A stretch of DNA of 26,380 nt from assembly GCA_964519305.1 (NCBI GenBank), contig CAZFHY010000029.1, forward strand, positions 1 to 26,380, read 5' to 3'. Made by a program: the position numbers and the translations under genes. This DNA comes from Candidatus Undinarchaeota archaeon (GTDB lineage: Archaea; SpSt-1190; JASMDC01). The notes below the pieces were generated by a model. It made no database searches. It was not told the origin of the DNA and saw only the letters and a program-made list of their open reading frames with translations. The number at the start of each line of letters is the position of its first letter. The stretch's first letter is position 1. Below, piece by piece: positions 1-8,916 of the stretch.

Positions 1-2
1 GT

Positions 3-713
3 TACGGGACCGACGACTACGTCACCGGACTCGTCGACTCCCGCCAGATCTGGGTGGTGCCCGTGGTCAACCCGGACGGTTCTATGAAGGTCGCGGATGA
101 CGTGACCGGGAGCGGTGACTCTAGCTGGCGTGGTAACTGCCGTGACAACAATGGCAACGGGAAGGTCGATGACGGCGACGGTGTCGACCTCAACCGCAAC
201 TGGGGTCGCAACTGGGGCGGCCAGGGGTCCAGCGGTACACCCGGCAGCCAGACCTACCGCGGCCCGGTACCCTTCAGCGAGCCGGAGACGGCCGCCATCA
301 AGAAGCTCGTCGAGGAGCACGACTTCGTCACATCGGTATCGTTCCACTCATACTCGGGGCTCATCCTATACCCGCTGGGGTACACGAACACCCCTGCCAA
401 GGACGAGGATATGCTCAGGTCGATCGCCGAGAACATGCGCGATCGTCAGCCTAACGAGAAGTACAAGGTCGAGAAGTCATCGGACCTCTACGTGGCGTCC
501 GGCGACTCGGACGACTGGCTCTACGAGGACAAGGGCGTGCTCGCCTTCACTTTCGAGGTCTACAAGGGCGGAAACAACTGGTGGAACACGTTCAAGCAGT
601 TCAATCCGCCAGAGGACCGCATCCAGTACCACGTGGACAACGTCGTCCCCGCGGCCCTCTACGCCGCAGAGATCGCCGACGATCCATCAAGGGCGCTGGA
701 GGAGCGAGCATAG
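3..713 (+). CDS. M14 family zinc carboxypeptidase (carboxypeptidase T-like), 5' end outside window
   Basis: Open frame from position 3. Motifs NPDG, WRGN..GVDLNRNW, YRGPVPFSEPET, SFHSYSGLILYP, SGDSDDWLY and FTFEV match M14 peptidases. Confidence 0.92.
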   Translation, partial: YGTDDYVTGLVDSRQIWVVPVVNPDGSMKVADDVTGSGDSSWRGNCRDNNGNGKVDDGDGVDLNRNWGRNWGGQGSSGTPGSQTYRGPVPFSEPETAAIKKLVEEHDFVTSVSFHSYSGLILYPLGYTNTPAKDEDMLRSIAENMRDRQPNEKYKVEKSSDLYVASGDSDDWLYEDKGVLAFTFEVYKGGNNWWNTFKQFNPPEDRIQYHVDNVVPAALYAAEIADDPSRALEERA

Positions 714-856
714 CTGGACTGGCCGGGCATCAGGGTGGAGGTCTTAAAAAAACTGGAGCGATAAGAACTCGCCACCACCCATCGAGCTAGCGAAGCGGAT
801 GACCACCCGCGCCCCGCCAACCACCAGACTATTTCTGGTGCTGCCGACGTGCAGGG

Positions 857-1558
857 CTAGAACGAGTAACCTCCCGCCTCCATCCCATCCCTAAGCCGGT
901 CTACATAGTCGCCGTAGCCCTCTGCGACCTTGGTCCTCTTGGGATGGTCTAAACGTGCCTCTGCCGCCATGTCGTCGAGCATCCTGTCGAGCGGCTCGTC
1001 GGTCGTCGTTGGGACCGTGGAGGGGTCGATGCCGTAGAACGCCTTTCGTGCATCGTAGCGCCGTGCGTCCGCCTTTATCCCGTTGTAGATCTCCTTGACG
1101 TCGGACGGCCCCATGGGAAGACCTAACGCGTGATGGGCCAGCCACGTCTCACCGGCCTCGCCGAGCATCTCCTCCATGGTCCCCTCGGTGTCCTCTGACG
1201 ACCCTTTAGAACCGTAGCTCTTGGCAGTTCCCTTCCCGGGACCATGCCGCCCAGTGGTGCCTATCAGGTATTTCATGCCCTGGTGCGCGGGCACCTTGGC
1301 ACCGGCGGCGGCCAGGAGACCTGTGGCACCGTTGGCGACGGCGTCAGCGTAATGCCCGAACCACGGCATGCTCGCAGCAAGGTACTCCTGGGCTCCCGTG
1401 GCGTCAATCCCATTCTCCGCCGCGAAGTAGGCCCCGAGGCCGACGGCCACGGCGCCTGCTGCGTCGTACGCGTCCTCGTGGAGGCGGTAGTGCTGTATGG
1501 CCTTGTCCTTCGCCCGCTCGTAACCGCCTGAGAGACGCTCCAGGGAGAAGGGGCCCAT
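857..1558 (-). CDS. Hypothetical protein with hydrophobic Ala/Gly-rich segments in the N-terminal half
   Basis: 233-aa ORF with GC3-rich codons and a TTTATATA box about 24 bp upstream of the ATG. No family recognised. Confidence 0.7.
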   Translation of the reverse strand: MGPFSLERLSGGYERAKDKAIQHYRLHEDAYDAAGAVAVGLGAYFAAENGIDATGAQEYLAASMPWFGHYADAVANGATGLLAAAGAKVPAHQGMKYLIGTTGRHGPGKGTAKSYGSKGSSEDTEGTMEEMLGEAGETWLAHHALGLPMGPSDVKEIYNGIKADARRYDARKAFYGIDPSTVPTTTDEPLDRMLDDMAAEARLDHPKRTKVAEGYGDYVDRLRDGMEAGGYSF

Positions 1559-1581
1559 CAGTATATTGTAGGTGCTCCTGA

Positions 1582-1589
1582 TATATAAA
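1582..1589 (-). promoter_or_regulatory. Archaeal TATA box, probably for a leaderless transcript of 857..1558
   Basis: Minus strand reads TTTATATA about 24 bp upstream of the ATG at 1558. Confidence 0.65.
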
Positions 1590-1834
1590 GATTACCACTT
1601 AACAGTAGTGAACTTCTTTATCCTACACTACACTGGGCACATCGCCTGGCGACGTACCGTGCTGCCTTCCCGACGGGCACGGCCGTGGGGACTATCCCAT
1701 CGTTTAGCTCCGACGGCTGTGTCCTGCCGCTGAGGATGGAAGGGGGGATCATTCGGTCATGACCCTCGCCGGTGGGGGGCGGCGCGTACTGGCGGACGGG
1801 TAGGGTGTGCCTTGGGACGGCACGGTGAAGGGCG

Positions 1835-2653
1835 CTAATCCTTACCCTCGGAATCCACGAACTGCTCGAACCTGTCGAAGAACAGGTCGTCCAGCAGGAA
1901 GGACTCCTGGGCCCACGCATAGTTCTCCCTGTCGACCTCGTACCTCTCCGTCTTGAGCTCGTTGACCGTGTCCTTCAGCTCGGACCTGCGGGCCTTGTGC
2001 GCGTCGAGCTGAGCCTCCAGCTCGTCCCTCGCATCCTCGGCACGCCCGATGTCCGACTGGATCGCCCCGTATCCCTCGGTGGACTCGGGGTCCGAGATAC
2101 GGTTGTTGTAAATGTTGAGCGCGACGTTGTACAGGTTGATGTCTGCCTGGGTGTCCCAGGCAGCTTTCTGGGTATCCTTGATCTCCTGCTTGACGTCCTT
2201 GAGCTGCTGGTAGCCTTCCTCGATGGACTTACCGAGCTCGTCGTACCGTTGCTTGGTACTATCGAACTGGGCGATCGTGTGGGCGTACCTGCCCTTGATC
2301 ATGTCGCCGATGACGTCATCCACGTCGCCGTACTTGCGCTCCACGGTGTCGTGGAGGACGGACTTCATCTCCTTCTCCTCCTTCGAGAGGTGGAGGTAGC
2401 CCTTTACGTGCTTCCATGCCCTACCGAGCATGGTGTCGGCGTCGTGCCTGACCATCTCCTTCAGCGACCGCTCGCCCCTCGCGGCGGCGGAGTCGTAGCC
2501 GTGGACCGCCTCGGTGATCTCGACATAGCTCGACTGGGCAGCATCCCTCCCGGCGAGCTCTTTTACGGCGCCGTAGGGCTCGTTCATCTTCAGGTCGGTG
2601 TACGCGTCGACGACACGTTCCAGGTCCGGGTTGGCTTCGAGCATGTGGATCAC
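1835..2653 (-). CDS. Hypothetical coiled-coil protein
   Basis: 272-aa ORF with long E/K/Q/D-rich heptad helices. ATTTAAATA box near 2695-2703 (-). Start is GTG 2653 or ATG 2644. Confidence 0.75.
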   Translation of the reverse strand: MIHMLEANPDLERVVDAYTDLKMNEPYGAVKELAGRDAAQSSYVEITEAVHGYDSAAARGERSLKEMVRHDADTMLGRAWKHVKGYLHLSKEEKEMKSVLHDTVERKYGDVDDVIGDMIKGRYAHTIAQFDSTKQRYDELGKSIEEGYQQLKDVKQEIKDTQKAAWDTQADINLYNVALNIYNNRISDPESTEGYGAIQSDIGRAEDARDELEAQLDAHKARRSELKDTVNELKTERYEVDRENYAWAQESFLLDDLFFDRFEQFVDSEGKD

Positions 2654-2827
2654 CAGTTCGGGATTGAACTGAAGGATTCACGGTCCCCTGCCACTATTTA
2701 AATCTTGTTTTGAGTAAAGGGTAGTTATACGACAGGCCTACGGTCGTTGAGGGATCCCCGAAAGGGAACATGGAGGATCTAAGATAGCTCCCGGGCGGTC
2801 TCTTACGTGCAGGATATTCTTGAGGAC

Positions 2828-3172
2828 CTACCAGGCGGTCATCTCCCGGCGTACCTCGTCGGTCCACATCTGGATAATGGTCAGGATCCGCCGCTTCAGC
2901 TCCTCCTTGTCGCGAATGGAGTAGAGGAATGTATAGCCGCCCTGGGGACGGTTTGCCTGCCGCCGCCTGAGGATGCCCTTCTCCGTCAGCGAGCTGACGG
3001 CGCGCTGGACGGTGGTGCGGTCCCTGCTCAACTCTTGGGCTATCTCAAGGGCGGTGAGCTCTTCTCCAGTGGATAGTAGGTGTAGCATCACGGCGTACTC
3101 GCCCTTGGTGAGCTCGAAGCCGCAGGTGATGATCCCCTTGAAGGACACGGATTGACAGGCGAACTTGGCCAC
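2828..3172 (-). CDS. Winged-HTH transcriptional regulator (archaeal TrmB/MarR-like, COG3355-type)
   Basis: FAC..IITCGFELTKGEY..LTALEIAQELSRDRTTVQRAVSSLTEKGIL..GGYTFLY. Start moved to GTG 3172 because a cgaaagg-TTCATAT box lies about 25 bp upstream. Confidence 0.85.
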   Translation of the reverse strand: MAKFACQSVSFKGIITCGFELTKGEYAVMLHLLSTGEELTALEIAQELSRDRTTVQRAVSSLTEKGILRRRQANRPQGGYTFLYSIRDKEELKRRILTIIQMWTDEVRREMTAW

Positions 3173-3255
3173 GGGACCGTGCCAGAAGGCCGAGAGATAT
3201 GAACCTTTCGCCTGACCGCTTTCTTTTCCGATCTCGATGGACGGCGGAGGTAGCG

Positions 3256-3411
3256 TCACTCCCCCTTGATCCTCGGTAGGAAGTCCGCCTTCCCGTCCTT
3301 CAGGAACTCGACCGCGTGATCGTTGCAGAAGTACCTATTCCTGGTCCCATGCTCCTTCTCGTAGTAGAACTCTGCCTCCTTCTTGCACGACGAGCACTTC
3401 GGCCGCTTCAC
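3256..3411 (-). CDS. Small zinc-finger protein (CxxC...CxxH)
   Basis: KCSSCKKEAEFYY..RYFCNDHA. Likely GTG start at 3411 after aggaag; the longer upstream part of the track ORF looks non-coding. Confidence 0.6.
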   Translation of the reverse strand: MKRPKCSSCKKEAEFYYEKEHGTRNRYFCNDHAVEFLKDGKADFLPRIKGE

Positions 3412-3637
3412 GTCGCTTCCTGTCACAGACAAAGCATAGTAAGTCTTCGGCAGGACCTCGGATCGAACAGCCGAATTGATAGTGGATTTTACTGAATAAA
3501 ACGGATGCCCGTCCGGGGGTCTTCTGCCGCTGTTTAAATCGCTTCCACGATTCTCCAGCCATGCTTCAATTGGAGGTAAAAATATGGCATTTGGGAACCT
3601 AACCTTTCGGACGGCCATAAAGGGGCAAATCCTCTTC

Positions 3638-4189
3638 TCAAGGCTTTATCTCGCCAATATTCCGCAGTCTTTCCAGTAACATATCGAATACTTCCCGCAC
3701 GTCATCCAAGCTCCTCGCTCCTGCCACCACGAACCTGCCCGTGCTGAAGATGAGGATGGCCGCCTTTGGCTTTATTGTCCGGAATACCATCCCGGGGAAC
3801 TGCTCAGGTTCGTACTCCACCCCTTCAAGCTTGTAGGCGAGTCTGTCCAGGTGGAGTTCGAGGTCGGTCTTGACGGAGGCAACCAGGTTCACGACCTCGA
3901 CATCGGGCTCACATTTGAATTCCACGTTGAAGCCCGCAAGAATCTCCTTCACCTTCCCGACCGCCACGTGCACGTCATCAAGGCTCTTCCCGCCCGTGCT
4001 CACTATCTTCCCCGTGCCGAAGAGCAGGTTTGCCGTCTTCGGATTCTCCAGTCGGAGGACGAGGCCGGGGAACTGCTCGGGGTTGAACTCGGCATTATCA
4101 GCCCCTATGGCCACTGTTTCAAGCGGTATCCTGCAGTGCAGGTTGATGGAGGCGACGATGTTCTCTACAGTGATCTCGATCGGGCTCAA
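3638..4189 (-). CDS. tbp: TATA-box-binding protein
   Basis: Two TBP repeats: ENIVAS..FNPEQFPGLVLR..LLFGTGKIV and VNLVAS..YEPEQFPGMVFR..LIFSTGR. GGAGG RBS before the TTG start. Confidence 0.97.
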   Translation of the reverse strand: MSPIEITVENIVASINLHCRIPLETVAIGADNAEFNPEQFPGLVLRLENPKTANLLFGTGKIVSTGGKSLDDVHVAVGKVKEILAGFNVEFKCEPDVEVVNLVASVKTDLELHLDRLAYKLEGVEYEPEQFPGMVFRTIKPKAAILIFSTGRFVVAGARSLDDVREVFDMLLERLRNIGEIKP

Positions 4190-4246
4190 ATTCTACGCCT
4201 CCGCCGTGCTATTGGGATGCAGTTGCAAGCTTCAAAAGGTTTCCCG

Positions 4247-4510
4247 TTACTGATGAACCAGCCCATCAATCCGGGAGAACACGGCCTCTCCCTTCGCGGT
4301 GAGACGGTAGTTGATGACCGACTTCCTCCCCATCTTGCCCATCTCGGTGTCCACGAGGCCGGCATCCTGGAGCCTCTGGATCTTCCGGGTAAGCGTCCTA
4401 TCGCTCGCGCACACCGGCTTAAGGTCTGAGTACCGCTTCGGTGATTCCGAAAGCGTGCGCAGGATCTCGTATACGTACTTCTCGCCGACAAGACGGAGTA
4501 ACTTTATCAT
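4247..4510 (-). CDS. HxlR-family winged-HTH transcriptional regulator
   Basis: GEKYVYEILRTL..KRYSDL..SDRTLTRKIQRLQDAGLV..YRLTAKG. Confidence 0.88.
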   Translation of the reverse strand: MIKLLRLVGEKYVYEILRTLSESPKRYSDLKPVCASDRTLTRKIQRLQDAGLVDTEMGKMGRKSVINYRLTAKGEAVFSRIDGLVHQ

Positions 4511-4646
4511 TCGACAGCTAACAGCCGCCGTTGATAGTAATGTGTTTTCGAGCGCTCAAGACAGCGCTATATCTTTAGCGATAGTTTAATATCACTTGTG
4601 ACCATCACATCGTCATCAACACTGACACGTAAGGGGATGATCACAC

Positions 4647-7600
4647 ATGCAGCCCTCTCCTCAAGATCGTTCCAATGGAACCGCATCAAAGGGATTCAGC
4701 ACAGCCCTCCTCATCATCTGGTTGATCTCTGCCAGTGTCTGTGCCGACGCACCACCGTTCGAGTACGTGAGGACGATTGGGACGGGGGCCGCCGGCGACG
4801 GCAACATGGAGTTCAGCAATCCCCTCGGGCTGGCCATTGACGGTTCCGGAAGGCTGTTCGTCGGGGACATGGCCAACCACCGTGTGCAGGTGTTCGGCCA
4901 CGGCGGGAACCACGTTGCGACCCTGGGCGAGAGCGGGGTCGGTGGGACCGACATCGGGCATTTCAGGTTCCCGCACGGGGTCGCCTGCGGCCCCCTTGGG
5001 GGGGTGTACGTAGCGGACCAGCAGAACCACCGGGTCCAAGTCTTCAACTCCTCCCTCGACCACATGGCGACAATCGGCGAGAGCGGGGTCTCGGGGGCCG
5101 ACAACGCCCACCTCAACCTGCCCCAGGATGTCTTCATCGACCCGTCGGGGAAGGTGTACATAGCCGACACCGGCAACCGCCGCGTGCAGGTATTCAACGG
5201 CGAAGGGAATCACATCGGGACGATCGGCACCACGGGAGTCACCGGCTCCGGGAACGACCAGTTCGGCAACTACGGTCCTAACGGCATCGCTGTGGACGCC
5301 TCCGGTAGGATTTACGTCGCGGACAAGTTCAACTACCGGGTCCAGGTCTATGACAGCGGCCTCAACCACGTCTCGACCATCGGCACCGGCGCACCCAGCA
5401 CCGAGAACGTGGGCCTGAAGGCCCCCGAGGGCATCGCCCTGGACGGCTCGGGCTCGATCTACGTCGCGGACGGCGGCAACCATCGTGTGCAGGTCTTCGG
5501 CTCCGATGGAAGCTACGTAGATACGCTGGGCGTGGCGGGCGCCAGCGGCACGGACAACGAGCACTTCGACAAGCCGGCAGGGGTGGTCGCCGACGGGACG
5601 GGGCACTTGTTCGTCTCCGACTTCAACAACCACCGCGTCCAGGTCTTCCGGCGGAACATGACGCTCCTCGCCCTCTCCTTCAACGGCACCCTCGACGGCG
5701 CGGACGGTGAGGGCGCGACCTCCTCGGGGACTGACTTCGTCGACGGCGTCAGCGGAAGCGGCGTCAGGATCGACGGCTCCGACACGCTCCAGTATCCCTA
5801 CGAGGGGAACGTCGACCTCTCTGGAGGTACAATCGACCTGTGGGTCAAGCCCCTCTGGGACGAGGTGAGCGACCTCGACGACCACCGATTCCTCCTCTCG
5901 GCGGTCGAGGATCGCCTGAGGAATGAGCTCCGGGTCTACCGCCGGGGCGGGGAGGGCCGACACGAGCTCTGGTTCGAGCTCGTCGACGGGAGCGGCGCAT
6001 CGGCTCACATCGCCGCGTCCATCGCTCCGTGGAGGTCAGACGAGTGGCACCACCTGGCCGCTACCTGGGACATCCGCCGATCCGGTAACGGCGAGATGCA
6101 CCTCTACGTGGACGGGGAGCACGCCAACGGGACATCAGGGCTCACCCTCTCGATGGGCCGCCCCACCCTCCCCATCAGCGTCGGGTCGGACCATCTCGGC
6201 CGCTTCCAGCCCGATGCGGTCATCGACGAGCTGCATGTGCTCAACCATCCGCTGCCTGCGGGTGACATCCGGACAAGGTACTCCCGGCTGAAGCCCGAGG
6301 CCACCTCCCCATTTCCGTACAAATCGACGCTCTCGAGCGGGGAGGCAGCCTTCGTCAGGCCCCGGAGGGTGTTTGTGGACGCGAACGGGACACGCTACGT
6401 GCTCGACTCCGGGAACAACAGGGTCCAGGTATTCGACTCGGATGGCAAGTTCGTCAGGACAATCGGCTCGGGCGGAGACGGCCAGGGTCAGTTCAACGAC
6501 CCCCACGGCATCTTCGTCGACTCGGCTGGAAGGATCATCGTTGCGGACCTGGGGAACAACCGCGTCCAGATACTCTCCCCTGGGGGCGAACATCTGGATC
6601 AGATGGGGACGGGATTGGCGGGGGTCGGAGACGACCAGCTCAATCGGCCATCCGACATCTTCGTGGACGCCGATGGACGGACCTACGTCAGCGAGTACGG
6701 CAACCACCGAGTTCAGGTGTTCGATTCCGACGGAAGCCACCGCGCAACGCTCGGGACCGCCGGGGCCGCGGGCTCGGGAGAGAACGAGTTCAACAGCCCG
6801 AGGGGACTCTTCGTCGATCCCTTGGGCAACCTATTCGTCGCAGACTTCGGGAACGACCGCGTGCAGGTCTTCGACTCCGGCCGGAACCTCCTCCGGACGA
6901 TCGGATCGGGTACCGGTGGGGACGGCCTCCACGGTCCGCGTGGCGTGTTCGTCGACTCCGAGGGACGGGTGTTCGTGGCCGACGCATACAACCACCGCAT
7001 ACAGGTGTTCACCGGGACCGGAGAGCATCTCGCCACCCTCGGCAGGACCGGGGTTCCTGGAACCGACAACGATCACTTCAACTACACGGAGGGCATCTTC
7101 GTCGATTCGCGGGGAATGATATACGTCGTTGACCAGCTCAACAACCGCATCCAGGTCTTCTCCGGCGCTGCACCGACATCCATCACCACGCCAACATCAA
7201 TCCCCACGGCGACCCCCGTCCCCGAGCCCTCGGCGACAGCATCACCGACGCCCCTGACCACGGCAGTAGCCACAGCGAGCCCCGGGGCAACGACCACACC
7301 ACTACCAACGGCGACACCTACGACCATCCCTGAATCCACTCCCACCTCCGTAACCACGTCCGAACCGACCGCCGGGCCCCTGATCCAGCCAAGTCCCGTG
7401 GTGCCCCCATCGCCGACTCCCGCCAGCCCGGGGAATGCTATACCAACCACCTCCCCATCACCGTCGCCGCCTGCCCGCGTGGGCATCACCGCCTCGCCCT
7501 CTCCCGGCCCGAGCTCGACCGCATCCGCGGCCAATCCACCACCCACCCCCACCGAAGGAGCAGCCCTCGCCGACAACGGCCGGCTCTGCACCTCTCCCGC

Positions 7601-8453
7601 AGAGTGCCAGAGCGGCAACTGCGGAGGGGGTGTGTGCTGCATCGAAGGGATGACATGCTGCGACGCCGACGCGGACTGCGCCCCCGACCACCGGTGCGAC
7701 ATGGAGCGGTCCTACTGCGTACAAGAAGGGGAAGACTCGTCAGGTGGTGATGCCACCCCCCCGCCCTCACGGGAGGAGATGAGGGCTGGTGCGGAGGGCA
7801 GGCTCAACGAGCTCAGCGTCCGGCTTTCGGAGCTGAAGGCGCGTGCGCCGAAGCTGGAGGTCACCGCTTTCGAGTCCCTCATCACCCGGGCTAAAGAGGA
7901 GCTCTCCGCAGGGGATGTCGCCGAGGCGTACCGCCTGTCCGTGGAGGCCAGCACCGCGCTCGACGAGGTGAGGAGGAAGCTCAGGCTGGCCATCGGCGAG
8001 CTCTGTTTCGAGGACTTGGAGTGCGAGACGGGGAACTGCCAGAACGGGGTGTGCTGCAAGGTGGGAGAGGTGTGCTGCTCCCGGGACGCCCACTGCAGGG
8101 AGGACCAGCACTGCAACAACGAGCGCTCGTACTGTGTATCGAAGGGCGACGGGAGGGAGGGCCTGACGCTCCAGGAGCGCACCGCCGACGCGCTCACCGA
8201 CCCGGAGACCGTGATGTCCCTCGTCGCCGCCGTAGTGCTCGGTGTGGGATTTGGCCTTTACCAGCTCAGAGGTAGTATCAAGCAGAAGAGTGCGGAGGAA
8301 CGATTCGAGCATCTCGCGGAGCATGTCGACCACATGGAGCAGACACAACATTATCAGGCCCCCGTCGGTCAGTGGCAGCAGCCTCCTGGATACAAACAGT
8401 ACTCCCGGGGGCAGCATGAATGGGATCTGCCGCCCGATCAGGGAGGCCTGTAG
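4647..8453 (+). CDS. Large membrane-anchored surface protein: signal peptide, NHL-repeat beta-propeller, LamG-like domain, second NHL propeller, Thr/Pro-rich linker, two Cys-rich repeats, C-terminal TM helix
   Basis: About 12 repeats of FxxPxGIxVDxxGxxYVADxxNxRVQVF; GTIDLWVKP..WHHLAATW..LYVDG..IDEL (LamG); PT-rich stretch at about 7170-7560; hydrophobic VMSLVAAVVLGVGFGLY near the end. Confidence 0.9.
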   Translation: MQPSPQDRSNGTASKGFSTALLIIWLISASVCADAPPFEYVRTIGTGAAGDGNMEFSNPLGLAIDGSGRLFVGDMANHRVQVFGHGGNHVATLGESGVGGTDIGHFRFPHGVACGPLGGVYVADQQNHRVQVFNSSLDHMATIGESGVSGADNAHLNLPQDVFIDPSGKVYIADTGNRRVQVFNGEGNHIGTIGTTGVTGSGNDQFGNYGPNGIAVDASGRIYVADKFNYRVQVYDSGLNHVSTIGTGAPSTENVGLKAPEGIALDGSGSIYVADGGNHRVQVFGSDGSYVDTLGVAGASGTDNEHFDKPAGVVADGTGHLFVSDFNNHRVQVFRRNMTLLALSFNGTLDGADGEGATSSGTDFVDGVSGSGVRIDGSDTLQYPYEGNVDLSGGTIDLWVKPLWDEVSDLDDHRFLLSAVEDRLRNELRVYRRGGEGRHELWFELVDGSGASAHIAASIAPWRSDEWHHLAATWDIRRSGNGEMHLYVDGEHANGTSGLTLSMGRPTLPISVGSDHLGRFQPDAVIDELHVLNHPLPAGDIRTRYSRLKPEATSPFPYKSTLSSGEAAFVRPRRVFVDANGTRYVLDSGNNRVQVFDSDGKFVRTIGSGGDGQGQFNDPHGIFVDSAGRIIVADLGNNRVQILSPGGEHLDQMGTGLAGVGDDQLNRPSDIFVDADGRTYVSEYGNHRVQVFDSDGSHRATLGTAGAAGSGENEFNSPRGLFVDPLGNLFVADFGNDRVQVFDSGRNLLRTIGSGTGGDGLHGPRGVFVDSEGRVFVADAYNHRIQVFTGTGEHLATLGRTGVPGTDNDHFNYTEGIFVDSRGMIYVVDQLNNRIQVFSGAAPTSITTPTSIPTATPVPEPSATASPTPLTTAVATASPGATTTPLPTATPTTIPESTPTSVTTSEPTAGPLIQPSPVVPPSPTPASPGNAIPTTSPSPSPPARVGITASPSPGPSSTASAANPPPTPTEGAALADNGRLCTSPAECQSGNCGGGVCCIEGMTCCDADADCAPDHRCDMERSYCVQEGEDSSGGDATPPPSREEMRAGAEGRLNELSVRLSELKARAPKLEVTAFESLITRAKEELSAGDVAEAYRLSVEASTALDEVRRKLRLAIGELCFEDLECETGNCQNGVCCKVGEVCCSRDAHCREDQHCNNERSYCVSKGDGREGLTLQERTADALTDPETVMSLVAAVVLGVGFGLYQLRGSIKQKSAEERFEHLAEHVDHMEQTQHYQAPVGQWQQPPGYKQYSRGQHEWDLPPDQGGL

Positions 8454-8679
8454 CAGGGTCTGAAGGCTCCTCCACGATGAAGATGGGACGGAAACCACTA
8501 TTTGAACCGTTCGAGCTCGCCCGTACACCTTTCGTCGAGGATCGCCGGTCTGGGGCATCCAAGGGGGCGGGTCCACGTTGACCCGCGAAGCTCCGCCATA
8601 GGCGAGCGCAATCCCGTCCGAGGATGTTTTCATTCAAGTGCGTGAAGCTGACTTGCGACTCCTCGCTCTGGCAGCATGA

Positions 8680-8790
8680 AGGGTGGTCCAAAATCCCCCC
8701 CTCTGAAACAAGAATCGCGCTTGGCTCTCTAGTTGCGTTTTCCTATCGGAAGGCCGACTGGCCTAAAAACACCACTTTTTGGACCACCCT
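8680..8790 (+). mobile_element. MITE-like element, copy 1 (111 bp, perfect 14-bp terminal inverted repeats)
   Basis: AGGGTGGTCCAAAA (8680-8693) and TTTTGGACCACCCT (8777-8790). A second copy of the same length lies at 12856-12966 on the other strand. No clear target-site duplication. Confidence 0.65.
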
Positions 8791-8916
8791 CGCAGCCCTG
8801 TTCGGGGGACGGAGCCTGCCTGCCTGAGAAATCGAGCTCCGTGCATGCAGGTGTGGTCGCCAGGGAGGGCGCCGTCGAAAGGCTCTAATAGTTTCCTCGT
8901 CCACAGGTGGGCGACG

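Noticed and set aside
1655-1690. GGGAAGGCAGCAC on the minus strand resembles SRP RNA helix 8
   Set aside because: Lacks the conserved CAGG side of the loop and the rest of the SRP fold.
4565-4580. CGCTA-N6-TAGCG inverted repeat between the divergent HxlR and NHL genes
   Set aside because: Five-bp arms are too weak to call an operator without other copies.
4800-7160. Recurring AACCACCG.GT.CAGGT.TTC motif at roughly regular spacing, CRISPR-like
   Set aside because: Encodes NHRVQVF of the NHL repeats; copies are degenerate and in frame, and no cas genes are present.
8610-8619. AATCCCGTCC matches the tRNA T-arm, with nearby hairpins at about 8567-8607
   Set aside because: Wrong orientation for an att site, and no cloverleaf can be built.
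4686-8633. Long antisense and alternate-frame ORFs over the NHL gene, and likewise over the helicase, integrase and ribosomal genes
   Set aside because: Shadow ORFs expected from high GC3; no recognisable motifs.
8803-8812. CGGGGGACGG matches 10 bp of the tRNA-Leu 3' end in the same orientation (possible att)
   Set aside because: Too short and GC-rich to exceed chance in 26 kb; the match does not extend.
8624-8827. Short ORF similar to the N-terminus of track ORF 12123..12974 (KIPPSET..KNT)
   Set aside because: The similarity comes from the 111-bp DNA repeat. The downstream genes have better starts at 8917 and 12737.
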